In this document: one piece after another, positions 33,121-42,113 of the stretch | Layout: each line of letters begins with the position of its first letter | Position numbering within the stretch: position 1 is the first letter of the stretch | From: Gemmatimonadales bacterium | GTDB lineage: Bacteria; Gemmatimonadota; Gemmatimonadetes; Gemmatimonadales; GWC2-71-9 | NCBI GenBank assembly: GCA_041741375.1 | Contig: JBGSKF010000020.1 | Coordinates: forward strand, 7,889 to 71,888 | Direction of reading: 5' to 3' | DNA: 64,000 bases | Translations under genes and position numbers: made by a program | The notes under the pieces: generated by a model | Databases searched by the model: none | What the model was told of the DNA's origin: nothing | The model's input: the letters and a program-made list of their open reading frames with translations, nothing else

Positions 33121-34156
33121 CTTTCCGGCGTCCGATCACGACACCGATTCCGATGGATCCGAAGATCAGCAGGCCCAGGGCGGCGAGACGAGCTGGACTA
33201 TTGATCGCCTCCCAGAGGCGCTGGAGCCGAGGAGGGGGCGGGGGTCGGAATTCGTGCACCTGGCGGTAGTGTTGCGGGGTGAAGTGCCCCGATGACACCT
33301 CGCCGGTCGTTTCGACGCCCACCGTGAATCTCGGCCCTTCCACCTGGACCCGAAGGAAGGCGTCGAACTGGGCGGCGAGGGTCCGGCTCGACTCCCGGTC
33401 CCGCAGGATATCGAGGCTCGGATCCCCTCCAATCGACACCTGGTAATAGGCGACACCGTCCCGCTCCAGATGGGAGAACTTGAGGGGGCCATGGTCTCCG
33501 GAAAAGACCGCACGCACCCCGGCCTCGCGCAGCAGCGGATGGATCTCACGCCACCACGGTGCGTCGTCACCCTGCCACCAGAGGAGGTGATGGAGGACGA
33601 CCACGGTGTGGGGCGGCGCATCCGGGCGGGCCAGCTCCTCGCGAAGCCACCGCACCTGAGCCGAGTCGAGATCCACGCCGCGGATGTTCCGGGCGAGGGC
33701 GGTATCACCATCCTTCGGAATCCACACGCTGCTGAGCAGCAGGAACCGCACGTTCCGCATCGTGAAAGAGCGGGGGAGTTCGCCGAACCGCTCCCGGTAG
33801 ACGTCCCGTGTCACCAGATCGTTGATCTCGTGGTTCCCGGGCACCTGGATGCGGGGCACTCCCACGGTGGCGAGAGCGCTGTCGAGGTCAGCCCACTCCC
33901 TTTCCACCGCGGCCCGCCGTCGTGGCGCCTGACCCATGTCTCCCCAGATCTGATCACCCGCCAGGACCACGAGATCGGGTTGGAGGGCACGGACTTCGGC
34001 GAGCAGTTCCCCCAGGCGGGGGTGGAGCGCGTTGTCCCAGCCGCGGATGTGACCCAGAACCACAAAGGACCAGGGATCGGAGTTCTGAGCACCCAGGGGA
34101 GCCGCCGCGAGCATCGCGAGGAGGGCAGACAGCAGGTGCCGGGGAGGGTGGGTCAT
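33083..34156 (-). CDS. Metallophosphoesterase (calcineurin-like), secreted/anchored
   Basis: Signal-like LLSALLAMLAAAPLGAQ. Motifs: VVLAGDQIWGD, VPGNHE, VVLHHLLWW, FSGDHGP. C-terminal TM LIFGSIGIGVVIG. Confidence 0.8.
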   Translation of the reverse strand: MTHPPRHLLSALLAMLAAAPLGAQNSDPWSFVVLGHIRGWDNALHPRLGELLAEVRALQPDLVVLAGDQIWGDMGQAPRRRAAVEREWADLDSALATVGVPRIQVPGNHEINDLVTRDVYRERFGELPRSFTMRNVRFLLLSSVWIPKDGDTALARNIRGVDLDSAQVRWLREELARPDAPPHTVVVLHHLLWWQGDDAPWWREIHPLLREAGVRAVFSGDHGPLKFSHLERDGVAYYQVSIGGDPSLDILRDRESSRTLAAQFDAFLRVQVEGPRFTVGVETTGEVSSGHFTPQHYRQVHEFRPPPPPRLQRLWEAINSPARLAALGLLIFGSIGIGVVIGRRKAGSREQGVGSRE

Positions 34157-37100
34157 GGAGACTCCGGTCGAGGGGGCGGGGGCCGCTTCACGAGAAGGAG
34201 ACGATGCAGCAGCAGGTGCCCGCGTTTGAGGTCGGTGAGCCCGGTCGAGGTCTGGACCCGCTCGATGCGGTCATCGGGGATCGCATCGAGCCGAAGGGTG
34301 CGCCAGGTTCCCGGGGGCACCGGGACCACCACCTGTTCGTACTGGGACCGACCCGGGTGGTGGGACACCACCACCGGTTCCCCGTCGCCGGAGAGGGTCA
34401 CCACCACACGCTGAAGGTCGCGGCCGCCGAGATCGAGGAGGAGAAGGTGTTCCTCGGTGAGGGTCCAGTCGACGTCCCGCTCCATGGCCCCCGCGCGCTG
34501 GCTCACCAGATCGAGCAGGTCGGTGCGACGGGCCAGGCGCTCACCCTGCACCAGCCGCCATCGTTCGAGAGGGGCAAAGGACGCGGTGAAGGTCTCCTCC
34601 TCGACCGCGGGCACAGGCGGGACGGGACGCCAGTCCGGATTCCCTTCCCGCGAGACCAGCTCCGCGCCTGCGGTCAGGGCCAGGGCCCGGTCCACCTCGG
34701 AGCGGTGGAGGCCCCCGAGAGCGAGCACCGACTCCACGGCGAAGGTGTCCAGGGGACCCGGCAGAATCACACCGGAAACGGAGTCGAGTGAGAACGGAAG
34801 CGATCCCGCGATCTCGACTCCGAGGACCCGGGGCCATCCGCCGCTCCCGTAACGCCAGTTTTTCCTTTGAAGCACCAGTCCGGAGGCATTCCCGAGAATC
34901 CGGTTCCAGAGCAGCAGGGGCGTGGAGCGGTCCTTCACCTCGATGCCGCGGAAACCGCTCTCGATCGTGTTGGCCACCACCACCGGGGCGCTGGCCTCCC
35001 CGATCGAGATCCCCTTGTCTCCCGACCCCCGGAACGTGTTCCCGGCGATCAGGGGGGAGGAGCCCATCAGGTCGATGGCATCGCCTCCGCTCCCGAGAAA
35101 TCGGGAGTCCACGATGGCCCCGGTGGCCATGTCGTAATCGATCGCATCCGAGTTCGCGTTCACCAGCTCGCTCCGGACCACCCGGGCCTCGCCCATCAGC
35201 ACATGGAGGAGGTCATCCGACCGGACATTGTCGGCGAACCGGCTGTCCTCGAAGACCACATCCCGGGCCGCGTGGACATTGACCGCCCCGATGTACTCCA
35301 CACCGTCCACCAACGCACCGCCGCCGCCTGCCACCTCCACGAAGCGGAACCGGCTCCCGCTCGCCTCCGGTCCCTGCAGGGCAATCGTACCCCACGGTCT
35401 CGCCGGATCGAGACGGAGCACCCGGATGGGCCGGTCCGCCGTTCCGTTGGCCAGAATCGGGGCCCGGCTCACGAGGGAGATGTCGGGCCCAAGCCGGATC
35501 GTGGTTCCGGGCTCGATCCGGAGGGTGTCGCCGGGGGGGAGCCGCAGGGTTTCGGTGAGCCGGACATCCCCCGACCAGCGCCGGGGAGTGGAGGTCGGAA
35601 CCGGAAACTCCCAGGGGCTGAAGGAGGTCCCCGGTTCGATGGAGGACCCCCTGGTCCATTCCCGGGGCGCCACCGGGGCGCGGGTGATCCGATTCTCCAG
35701 CACCGGGGTGAGGCGCCGCGCACCGGCTCCCTCGACAAAGATCCGATAGTGGACCCGGCCCGCGGCGATCCCCCGTTCCGGGGTGCTCCACCCCGGGAGG
35801 AGAGCCACCGGTGTATGCGGCGTGAAACGCCACTCCGCGCCGTCCCGCTCCCACTGTCCGGCGACTCGCCGGTCCGATCGATCGAGCACTCCATTGCGAT
35901 CGGTGTCCAGGACCACGTCTCCCGGCCGGGCGCCGGCGGCGAGGCGAAGGGACACGAGGTCCGCCCCGGTCATCCCCCGGCTCTCGACATCGAGCAGGGC
36001 CAGCGACTCGGCGGATCCGCCGGCCACCGCCATGTGCACGTCCCCGATCCACCGATCGAGAACCGCGAGGTTGTGGTGCAGCAGGGCGCGGGAGGAGTCC
36101 ACCGAACCGACCGGCGGGATCACCCCGGCCCGCAGAGTCTCGAAGCGGAGGTAGGAGTGGAAGCGCGCCGTCACCCCGTCGAGAATCGAGTCGGCGTGAC
36201 TCGCCAGCCCCGCCTGCATCGCGTCATGGGTCCGGCGCATCGCGGCGTCCACCAGGAACGGATCGCGCAGGGCCTGCCGCCAGAACTCGTTCATGCCGAT
36301 GCTCGGCCGTTCCAGGTCGAGGAGCCGGAGGTCCCACGGAAGGGGGGAGAGCAGGTTGTCGGTGGGGTCCTGGTACCAGAACTGGTTGTGGACATCATCC
36401 ATGTGATAGGGGTCGCCCACCACGAGCAGGGCCGCCAGGAGCGCGCCGAGGTGGGCGGTGTCCACGACGGCCATGAGGTCCCGATGCCGGTCCACCGTGG
36501 TGCCCCGGAGGCTCGCCAACAGGTCGAGGATCCGGGTGGGTGGGGGACCCGAGGGGCGGTCGTTCATCGCGACCCGATCCCAGATATACGGATTCCGGAA
36601 GAGACTGCGGGGGAGCCCTTTGAAATACTCGCTCCGTTCCGCCGCATCGCCGCGGTAGATGTTGCCGGGCATCCGTCCCTGGAGGCGGAGCATCGACTCG
36701 TCGGCGATCTCGATCATCCGGTACAACCCGGCGAAGCGCTGGTTCACGAAGACCGGCACGAGCTCCTGGCGCGACCCGGGAAGTCCGAAGGTCTGGGCCA
36801 CCTGCGCCGCCAGATATTGGGGCACCACGTCCTTCACCGAGAATCCCAGGGTGCGGTATCCGCGCTGGAGGGCGTCCCGGGGGGTCCGCAACGTGAAACT
36901 GATCTTGGGGCTCAGCCAGTGGATGCTGTTGTCACCCCGTTTGCGCAACCGGACCGGATCGAGCCGTCCCTGATGCACCACCGTGGCGTCGGTCCAGGTG
37001 TCGAATCCTTCCTGCGGGTCGCCGGCGAGGGCGCGCCACTCGGCGTCGGGGAGAACGAGATTGAGCACCGAGGGGTCGTCCTCGTTCGCCTCGAGGTCGC

Positions 37101-37353
37101 GATCGATGCGCACCAGCGACAGGGTGTTCCTCATGACGGAGGTCCGGCCATGGAACTCTCCCGACAGGCTGAGGGAACGGGACCAGAAATCGTCGAAGTT
37201 CTGGGCCGTCGCATAGGACGCCACGGATTGCAGCAGAAGATAGGCCCCGGTCGTGACGGGAAGTGCGGACACGAGCACCACGTCGATGAGCCGGAGCCGC
37301 CGCCACCACGGCGCCCGGCTCCCGGGGAGCCCATGGCGAGGGAACCGGCTCAC
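34153..37353 (-). CDS. CotH-family kinase-like protein fused to a parallel beta-helix region, N-terminally membrane-anchored
   Basis: GTG 37353 (GTGA overlap). TM LIDVVLVSALPVTTGAYLLL. CotH core: VPVFVNQRFAGLYRMIEIADESMLRL and HNQFWYQDPTDNLLSPLPWDLRLLDLE. Beta-helix-like repeats: NVRSDDLLHV, NANSDAIDYD, GSGGDAIDL, GSGDKGISIG, GFRGIEV. Confidence 0.8.
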   Translation of the reverse strand: MSRFPRHGLPGSRAPWWRRLRLIDVVLVSALPVTTGAYLLLQSVASYATAQNFDDFWSRSLSLSGEFHGRTSVMRNTLSLVRIDRDLEANEDDPSVLNLVLPDAEWRALAGDPQEGFDTWTDATVVHQGRLDPVRLRKRGDNSIHWLSPKISFTLRTPRDALQRGYRTLGFSVKDVVPQYLAAQVAQTFGLPGSRQELVPVFVNQRFAGLYRMIEIADESMLRLQGRMPGNIYRGDAAERSEYFKGLPRSLFRNPYIWDRVAMNDRPSGPPPTRILDLLASLRGTTVDRHRDLMAVVDTAHLGALLAALLVVGDPYHMDDVHNQFWYQDPTDNLLSPLPWDLRLLDLERPSIGMNEFWRQALRDPFLVDAAMRRTHDAMQAGLASHADSILDGVTARFHSYLRFETLRAGVIPPVGSVDSSRALLHHNLAVLDRWIGDVHMAVAGGSAESLALLDVESRGMTGADLVSLRLAAGARPGDVVLDTDRNGVLDRSDRRVAGQWERDGAEWRFTPHTPVALLPGWSTPERGIAAGRVHYRIFVEGAGARRLTPVLENRITRAPVAPREWTRGSSIEPGTSFSPWEFPVPTSTPRRWSGDVRLTETLRLPPGDTLRIEPGTTIRLGPDISLVSRAPILANGTADRPIRVLRLDPARPWGTIALQGPEASGSRFRFVEVAGGGGALVDGVEYIGAVNVHAARDVVFEDSRFADNVRSDDLLHVLMGEARVVRSELVNANSDAIDYDMATGAIVDSRFLGSGGDAIDLMGSSPLIAGNTFRGSGDKGISIGEASAPVVVANTIESGFRGIEVKDRSTPLLLWNRILGNASGLVLQRKNWRYGSGGWPRVLGVEIAGSLPFSLDSVSGVILPGPLDTFAVESVLALGGLHRSEVDRALALTAGAELVSREGNPDWRPVPPVPAVEEETFTASFAPLERWRLVQGERLARRTDLLDLVSQRAGAMERDVDWTLTEEHLLLLDLGGRDLQRVVVTLSGDGEPVVVSHHPGRSQYEQVVVPVPPGTWRTLRLDAIPDDRIERVQTSTGLTDLKRGHLLLHRLLLVKRPPPPRPESP

Positions 37354-38441
37354 CCGGGCACCTCGATGCGGTCGGCCACCGTCTGGTCCGGTACCACTAC
37401 CACGCGGGCCGCGGATCGATGCGGGCCGTCGGGGTCGAGCCGGTTGCGGTAACTCGTCTCCACCATCCGCCAGGTCTCCTCGTCCACTGGCCGCCGGATC
37501 CGAACCTGGAAGCGGAGGCGGACCCCCTCCGACGATCCGGCCGGGAGCCCCACCTCCACCTCGGTTCCGGGAATGCCCGGCCCGGCGATCACGGAATCCG
37601 TCGCGGACCCGCGTGTCGTCACCGGTCCGAGGACACCGGCCTGGAGCGGGAGGTCGAGCCGCACCTCCCGAATCTCGAGGGGAAACCCGGCCGTACCCAG
37701 ACGAACCGCGGGGGAATCGGAGAATCGCCCGGTGAGGGCCACCTCATGCCAGGCCCCATCCACCGGCACCACCGACCAGGTGGTACTCGTCCCGACATGC
37801 ACGGAAAGGGCGAGAAACTGTTGTGCCTCAAGGAAGGATTCCCACCGGGTGATCACCTCGGCGAAGGCACCGCGATCGAAATCATGGCGGAGCACCCCAC
37901 GCAACGAGGGGAGATGGGTCGGGTGAATCTCCAGCACCCGGGCAAAGGCATCTCTCGCCTCCACCGGAATGGTCCAGGTCCCCTCGAGGCGCTCCCACGC
38001 CGCACCGAGCTCGTAGCTGTTGCGATAGTTCCGGGGGTCGTACGCCTGCGCGGCCTGATAGGCCAGGAGGGCCCGGTTGGAGCGTCCCTGGGCCTCATAG
38101 GTGCGGGCCAGCGTGTGGAGGAGTCGCTCGCGTTCAGTGTCCCGCCGTCCGCGCGCCGTGCGGGCCGGGAAGCGGCGATCCAGGTCGAGGAGATGCGCCT
38201 CGGCCTCGTCGAGCCGGCCCTCGGCCAGCAGGCGCTCCCCCGTGTCGACCGCATCGACCCACGCCGCTTCCCGGTCCCGCAGCAGGCGCTCGACCCGCCA
38301 GAAGGCCCGGTCGCGGAGGGGCGGAAGCACCAGGAGGGCAAGTCCGAGAGCCAGGAGCGCCACCCACGCCGTGAGGAAGCGGCGTTCGTGCCGGTAGTAG
38401 AAGGTCCGTACCGGGGAGGACTCGCCGGGATGGTTCATCAC
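37350..38441 (-). CDS. TPR-repeat protein with N-terminal TM helix
   Basis: FLTAWVALLALGLALLVL is followed by LLAEGRLDEAEAHLLDL and LARTYEAQGRSNRALLAYQAAQAYDPRN. The start (GTG 38441 or ATG 38438) overlaps the upstream stop. Confidence 0.6.
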   Translation of the reverse strand: MMNHPGESSPVRTFYYRHERRFLTAWVALLALGLALLVLPPLRDRAFWRVERLLRDREAAWVDAVDTGERLLAEGRLDEAEAHLLDLDRRFPARTARGRRDTERERLLHTLARTYEAQGRSNRALLAYQAAQAYDPRNYRNSYELGAAWERLEGTWTIPVEARDAFARVLEIHPTHLPSLRGVLRHDFDRGAFAEVITRWESFLEAQQFLALSVHVGTSTTWSVVPVDGAWHEVALTGRFSDSPAVRLGTAGFPLEIREVRLDLPLQAGVLGPVTTRGSATDSVIAGPGIPGTEVEVGLPAGSSEGVRLRFQVRIRRPVDEETWRMVETSYRNRLDPDGPHRSAARVVVVPDQTVADRIEVPG

Positions 38442-39136
38442 ACGTTGATGTTTTCCTGGCCGAGGAGAATGGCCACCTTGTGATTCCTCACCAGCGGCCG
38501 GAGATCGTCGAGGAGCGTGGCCTCCGTGACCCGGGGCCGCAGCTCCACCGAGTAGACGAGTTCCACCACGTTGCCCTCACCCAGGGTCTCCACGCTCAAC
38601 AGGGAGGCCTCGCGCAGGTGGCGGTGGAACACCTCGGTGAAGACGGTGTGATAGTCGAGGTCGGAGGGGAGGTGCACCTTGAGAAGGGCCTCGCGACTCG
38701 TCGCCGCCCCGATCTCGAACCGGCTCAGGGTGTAGATCATCCCCCCCATCGACAGGGCAAAGATGACGGCGGTGAGGTAGAACCCGGTTCCGGTGGCCAT
38801 CCCGACGGCCATGGCCACGAAGATGAAGGCCACATCCCGGCTGTCCTTGACCGCATTGCGGAAGCGGATGATCGAGAGGGCCCCGACCAGGGTGAACGCG
38901 CGGGCGATGTTGCTTCCGATCACCAGCATGATGAGGGAGATGGTGACCCCCATGATGATCATGGCGTGCACGAACGAGACCGAATAGGAGAGCCCGCGAT
39001 GGGAGATCCGGTACACGTACGCCAGGAGCAGGTTGAGCACGAAGCTCAGCCCGAGGGCCACCACGGTTTCCCAGACGCCAAATCCCCCGACCTGCGAGGC
39101 ACCCGACGTCAACTGCCTGATGAATTCGTCCACCAC
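38438..39136 (-). CDS. DUF4956-family membrane protein
   Basis: ARAFTLVGALSIIRFRNAVKDSRDVAFIFVAMAVGMATGTGFY is the core I recognise for DUF4956. A C-terminal soluble domain follows. Confidence 0.8.
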   Translation of the reverse strand: MVDEFIRQLTSGASQVGGFGVWETVVALGLSFVLNLLLAYVYRISHRGLSYSVSFVHAMIIMGVTISLIMLVIGSNIARAFTLVGALSIIRFRNAVKDSRDVAFIFVAMAVGMATGTGFYLTAVIFALSMGGMIYTLSRFEIGAATSREALLKVHLPSDLDYHTVFTEVFHRHLREASLLSVETLGEGNVVELVYSVELRPRVTEATLLDDLRPLVRNHKVAILLGQENINV

Positions 39137-39152
39137 GCCTCCTGACAGGAGT

Positions 39153-39863
39153 TCAGGTGAGTGCCCCGCCGTACACGGCTCGATCCACGGCGGAGCAGTA
39201 CTTGGACATGCGCACCATCGGCAACCCGAGCCGGGCGATCGACTTGGTGAGCCAGAGCGGCGCCCCTCCGGTGAACTTCACCTCCATGACCGCGGTGCGG
39301 GGATCGAGCACCGCGGCCCCGGTGTCGAAGGGGGTGACCAGATCGAACCCCGTCGTCCGGTACTGGATGCGGGTGTCGAAGTTGACCCGAAGAGTCGGCT
39401 CGTAGCGGCCCATGAACGCTCTCCTCCGATACCGGATCGCGCACCGGGGTGCGAGGTTGTGGCGCCGAAAGAGAGTCCAGGCCTCCCGCATGACCGGATC
39501 GGACAGGTCGTCATCGGAGTCCGTCGCGAAACATTTCCGGGCCTCCGCCACCGACATCCGCCGCCGTCTTTTCTGCTGGGTCCGGTCCACCCGCTGCTTG
39601 ATCTCCAGGACGAGCTCCTCGCTTCCCACGTAGCGCCGGAGACGCACCTTGCGCCGGACCATGAGTCCCTCGACCTTTTCCCAGAAGAGGGAATAATCGG
39701 GGGAATCCCAGTAGACACTGTAGACCGCATACCCCCACTCCGGATCCCCGTGCTCATCATCCGTGAGGTACTCGCCGAGGACACGCCGGATGGCGGAGAC
39801 CTCCCGCGCCGCCACGAGATACTTGAGCTCATAGCGGTTCCGGGTGTCGGTCAGATGTGGCAT
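39153..39863 (-). CDS. VTC-domain (polyphosphate-polymerase-like, triphosphate-tunnel fold) protein
   Basis: RYELKYLV.., VYSVYWDSPDYSLFWEK.., RRKVRLRRY..LVLEIKQRVDRTQQKRR, AVMEVKF. Confidence 0.8.
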   Translation of the reverse strand: MPHLTDTRNRYELKYLVAAREVSAIRRVLGEYLTDDEHGDPEWGYAVYSVYWDSPDYSLFWEKVEGLMVRRKVRLRRYVGSEELVLEIKQRVDRTQQKRRRRMSVAEARKCFATDSDDDLSDPVMREAWTLFRRHNLAPRCAIRYRRRAFMGRYEPTLRVNFDTRIQYRTTGFDLVTPFDTGAAVLDPRTAVMEVKFTGGAPLWLTKSIARLGLPMVRMSKYCSAVDRAVYGGALT

Positions 39864-39920
39864 GGCACCGCTCCCAGTCGGAACGTGCTCTGCAATGCAA
39901 GTCCCATGCCTTCCTGGACC

Positions 39921-41288
39921 TTACACGGCCTGAGCTCTGCGCCCGGTGCGCACCAGGCGCAGTCCTCCCCCCGGAGCCAGCGCGAGCAGGTAGACCAATG
40001 CTCCGGTGGGCACGGCGATCCACAGCGGGAGAGGAAGAGCCAGGAGGACCACGGCCATGACCCCGGCGGCGAGCACGGCGCGCCATCCCGCCGCCACAAT
40101 CCGGGCCTCGTACCCTTCACCGTGGGCGCTCCGCAGCACCAGGGCTGTCCGCACCAGCTCGGTTCCGAGGGTGGCGCCGGCCGCTCCCAGAAGTCCCCAC
40201 CGCGGGATCAGAAGCCCATTGAGGATGAGGTTGAGCGCGGCGCCCCGGACCGAGGCGGCGAGCACCAGCGGATGCCGGTCTGAGGCGACCAATCCGGCCT
40301 GCCCCACGTTCCGGAGAAGGGCGATCGGCAGGGAGAGGAGCAGCAGGCCGAGGGCGGGACCGCCCACCAGATACTCGGGCCCGTACAGGGCCTGCAGGAG
40401 GGACCCGGCCACCAGGACTCCCCCCACCGCCACGGGAATCCCGAGCGCCAGCACCTGCCGCACTCCGAGTTGGAACGCGCTCCGATCCACCCGTCCCTCC
40501 CCGTGAGATCGGGCCAGTGTGGGAAGAAGACTGTGATAGTACGTGACCCCGATGTTCAGGAAGAAACTGACCGGGGCATACACCGCCACATACACGCCCA
40601 CCGCCGCCGCCCCGTGAAAGCCCCTCAGGAAGAGCACATCGGCGTTGAACATGACGAGACCGAGCAGGGCATGGAGGGCCAGGGGACGTGCCGACCGGAG
40701 AACGGGGAGGGCCCGGTTCCACCATCCTCGCCAGCGGATCGGACCGATCGCACCGGCGAGCCCGATTGCGAGTGAGGCGGCCCCCGCACCCTCCGCCAGC
40801 AGCTGAAGCAGGGGCACCCGGGTCAGATCGGCGTCGCGGCGCACCAGCAGCAACACCAGGAGGAGAAAGAGGCCGTCCGCGAGGATCCGGGCTCCGGCAG
40901 CGCTCCGGGCCCGTCCCAGCCCCAGGCAGGCCCAGCGCAGGTTCAGAGCCAGGGGAATCAGGGTGAGGGAGACGAGGGCCAGGATGGTCCCATCGGGGGC
41001 CGGCAGGAGGAGAATTCCTCCGAGCGATGTCACACCGATCAGGGCGAGAGCCAGCACCACCCGGGCGACGAGCAGCGCGGGAGCGGTGTGTTGGAGGAAG
41101 GTCGGGTCGAGGGCGACTCGTCGCACACCCACCGAATCGAGTCCGCCTTCGACCAGCACCACCAGATAGAGACGGACCGTGAGGGCGAAACCGATGACGC
41201 CGAACCCTTCGGCGCCGAGGGTCCGGGCCAGCATGATGGTGGCGACAAATCCGAGACTCCGCGCCGCCACTTCCCCCGAGGCGAGCAC
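39921..41288 (-). CDS. Wzx-type oligosaccharide flippase (polysaccharide biosynthesis protein, MOP superfamily)
   Basis: ORF 39921..41555. The upstream small gene ends at 41339, so I trimmed to GTG 41288 (uncertain). VLASGEVAARSLGFVATIMLARTLGAEGFGVIGFAL; about 12-14 TM segments. Confidence 0.75.
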   Translation of the reverse strand: MLASGEVAARSLGFVATIMLARTLGAEGFGVIGFALTVRLYLVVLVEGGLDSVGVRRVALDPTFLQHTAPALLVARVVLALALIGVTSLGGILLLPAPDGTILALVSLTLIPLALNLRWACLGLGRARSAAGARILADGLFLLLVLLLVRRDADLTRVPLLQLLAEGAGAASLAIGLAGAIGPIRWRGWWNRALPVLRSARPLALHALLGLVMFNADVLFLRGFHGAAAVGVYVAVYAPVSFFLNIGVTYYHSLLPTLARSHGEGRVDRSAFQLGVRQVLALGIPVAVGGVLVAGSLLQALYGPEYLVGGPALGLLLLSLPIALLRNVGQAGLVASDRHPLVLAASVRGAALNLILNGLLIPRWGLLGAAGATLGTELVRTALVLRSAHGEGYEARIVAAGWRAVLAAGVMAVVLLALPLPLWIAVPTGALVYLLALAPGGGLRLVRTGRRAQAV

Positions 41289-41338
41289 GGAAAAAAGCCG
41301 CCCCGGGGAGGGTCCTGGGGCGGAGGCACTCGCGGAGG

Positions 41339-41635
41339 TCAGAGCCGGTACTCGGTCAGCTTGTTGTAGACCGTGCCGATGACTCGGCCGAAGCCGTACC
41401 CCACCACGAATCCGTACACCGCTCCGATGAGGCTTCCCGGAAAGGACACCGAATACCCGGGGAAGAAGACGGCCAGAAGCTGGAGATGTTGCCCCGCATC
41501 GGGCCCCCCGCTCCAGACCAGAAAGTTGGTGGCCAGGAAGAGGACACCCGCGCACACCAACCCGAAGGCGACGCCCCAGGCCCGCCCGTTGAGCCGTCGA
41601 ATGACCGCGGCCACTTCGGCTTGTTCCGTCGTCAT
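41339..41635 (-). CDS. Small 2-TM membrane protein, unknown family
   Basis: 98 aa. WGVAFGLVCAGVLFLATNFLVW..LQLLAVFFPGYSVSFPGSLIGAVYGFVVGYGFG. It is a paralog of the next gene. Confidence 0.6.
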   Translation of the reverse strand: MTTEQAEVAAVIRRLNGRAWGVAFGLVCAGVLFLATNFLVWSGGPDAGQHLQLLAVFFPGYSVSFPGSLIGAVYGFVVGYGFGRVIGTVYNKLTEYRL

Positions 41636-41674
41636 GAGGTCCCCCCCTGCGGGCGCCGGATCACGGGACCCGGC

Positions 41675-42061
41675 TCAGATGTGGTCAAGAAAATCACGAG
41701 TCCGGGCCAGTTCGGCTCGGGTCCGAATGAGGAACACCTGGGTGGCGATCACGACGTTCCGGATGAAGGCCAGAAACCATCCGGCCACGGCCCCGACCAC
41801 GAATCCCCACCCGAATCCGATGAGCGCTCCGGTCCAGGTGACGGAGTAGCCGGCAAAGTAGGCCCCGAGCAGGTCGAGGGAGAACGTCGGGTCCGTGGGC
41901 ACTCCGCCCCCCTCCACGAGGAGGTCGACCACGGTGAGCAGAAGAACGAGGAGTCCCGTGGCCACGCCAACCGAAATGCCGAAGCGGCGCTTGTGCAGGG
42001 GGGCGAAGGCGAAGGCGATCGCCTCCAGCGCGGGGATGTCCGAGCGGCGGGCAGATGTCAT
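41675..42061 (-). CDS. Small 2-TM membrane protein, unknown family (paralog)
   Basis: 128 aa. FGISVGVATGLLVLLLTVVDLL..LDLLGAYFAGYSVTWTGALIGFGWGFVVGAVAG. Confidence 0.6.
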   Translation of the reverse strand: MTSARRSDIPALEAIAFAFAPLHKRRFGISVGVATGLLVLLLTVVDLLVEGGGVPTDPTFSLDLLGAYFAGYSVTWTGALIGFGWGFVVGAVAGWFLAFIRNVVIATQVFLIRTRAELARTRDFLDHI

Positions 42062-42113
42062 GGGTCACTCCTCACGACCGGTGCCCCAAATATGGGAGAT
42101 TGTCCCGGCGTCA

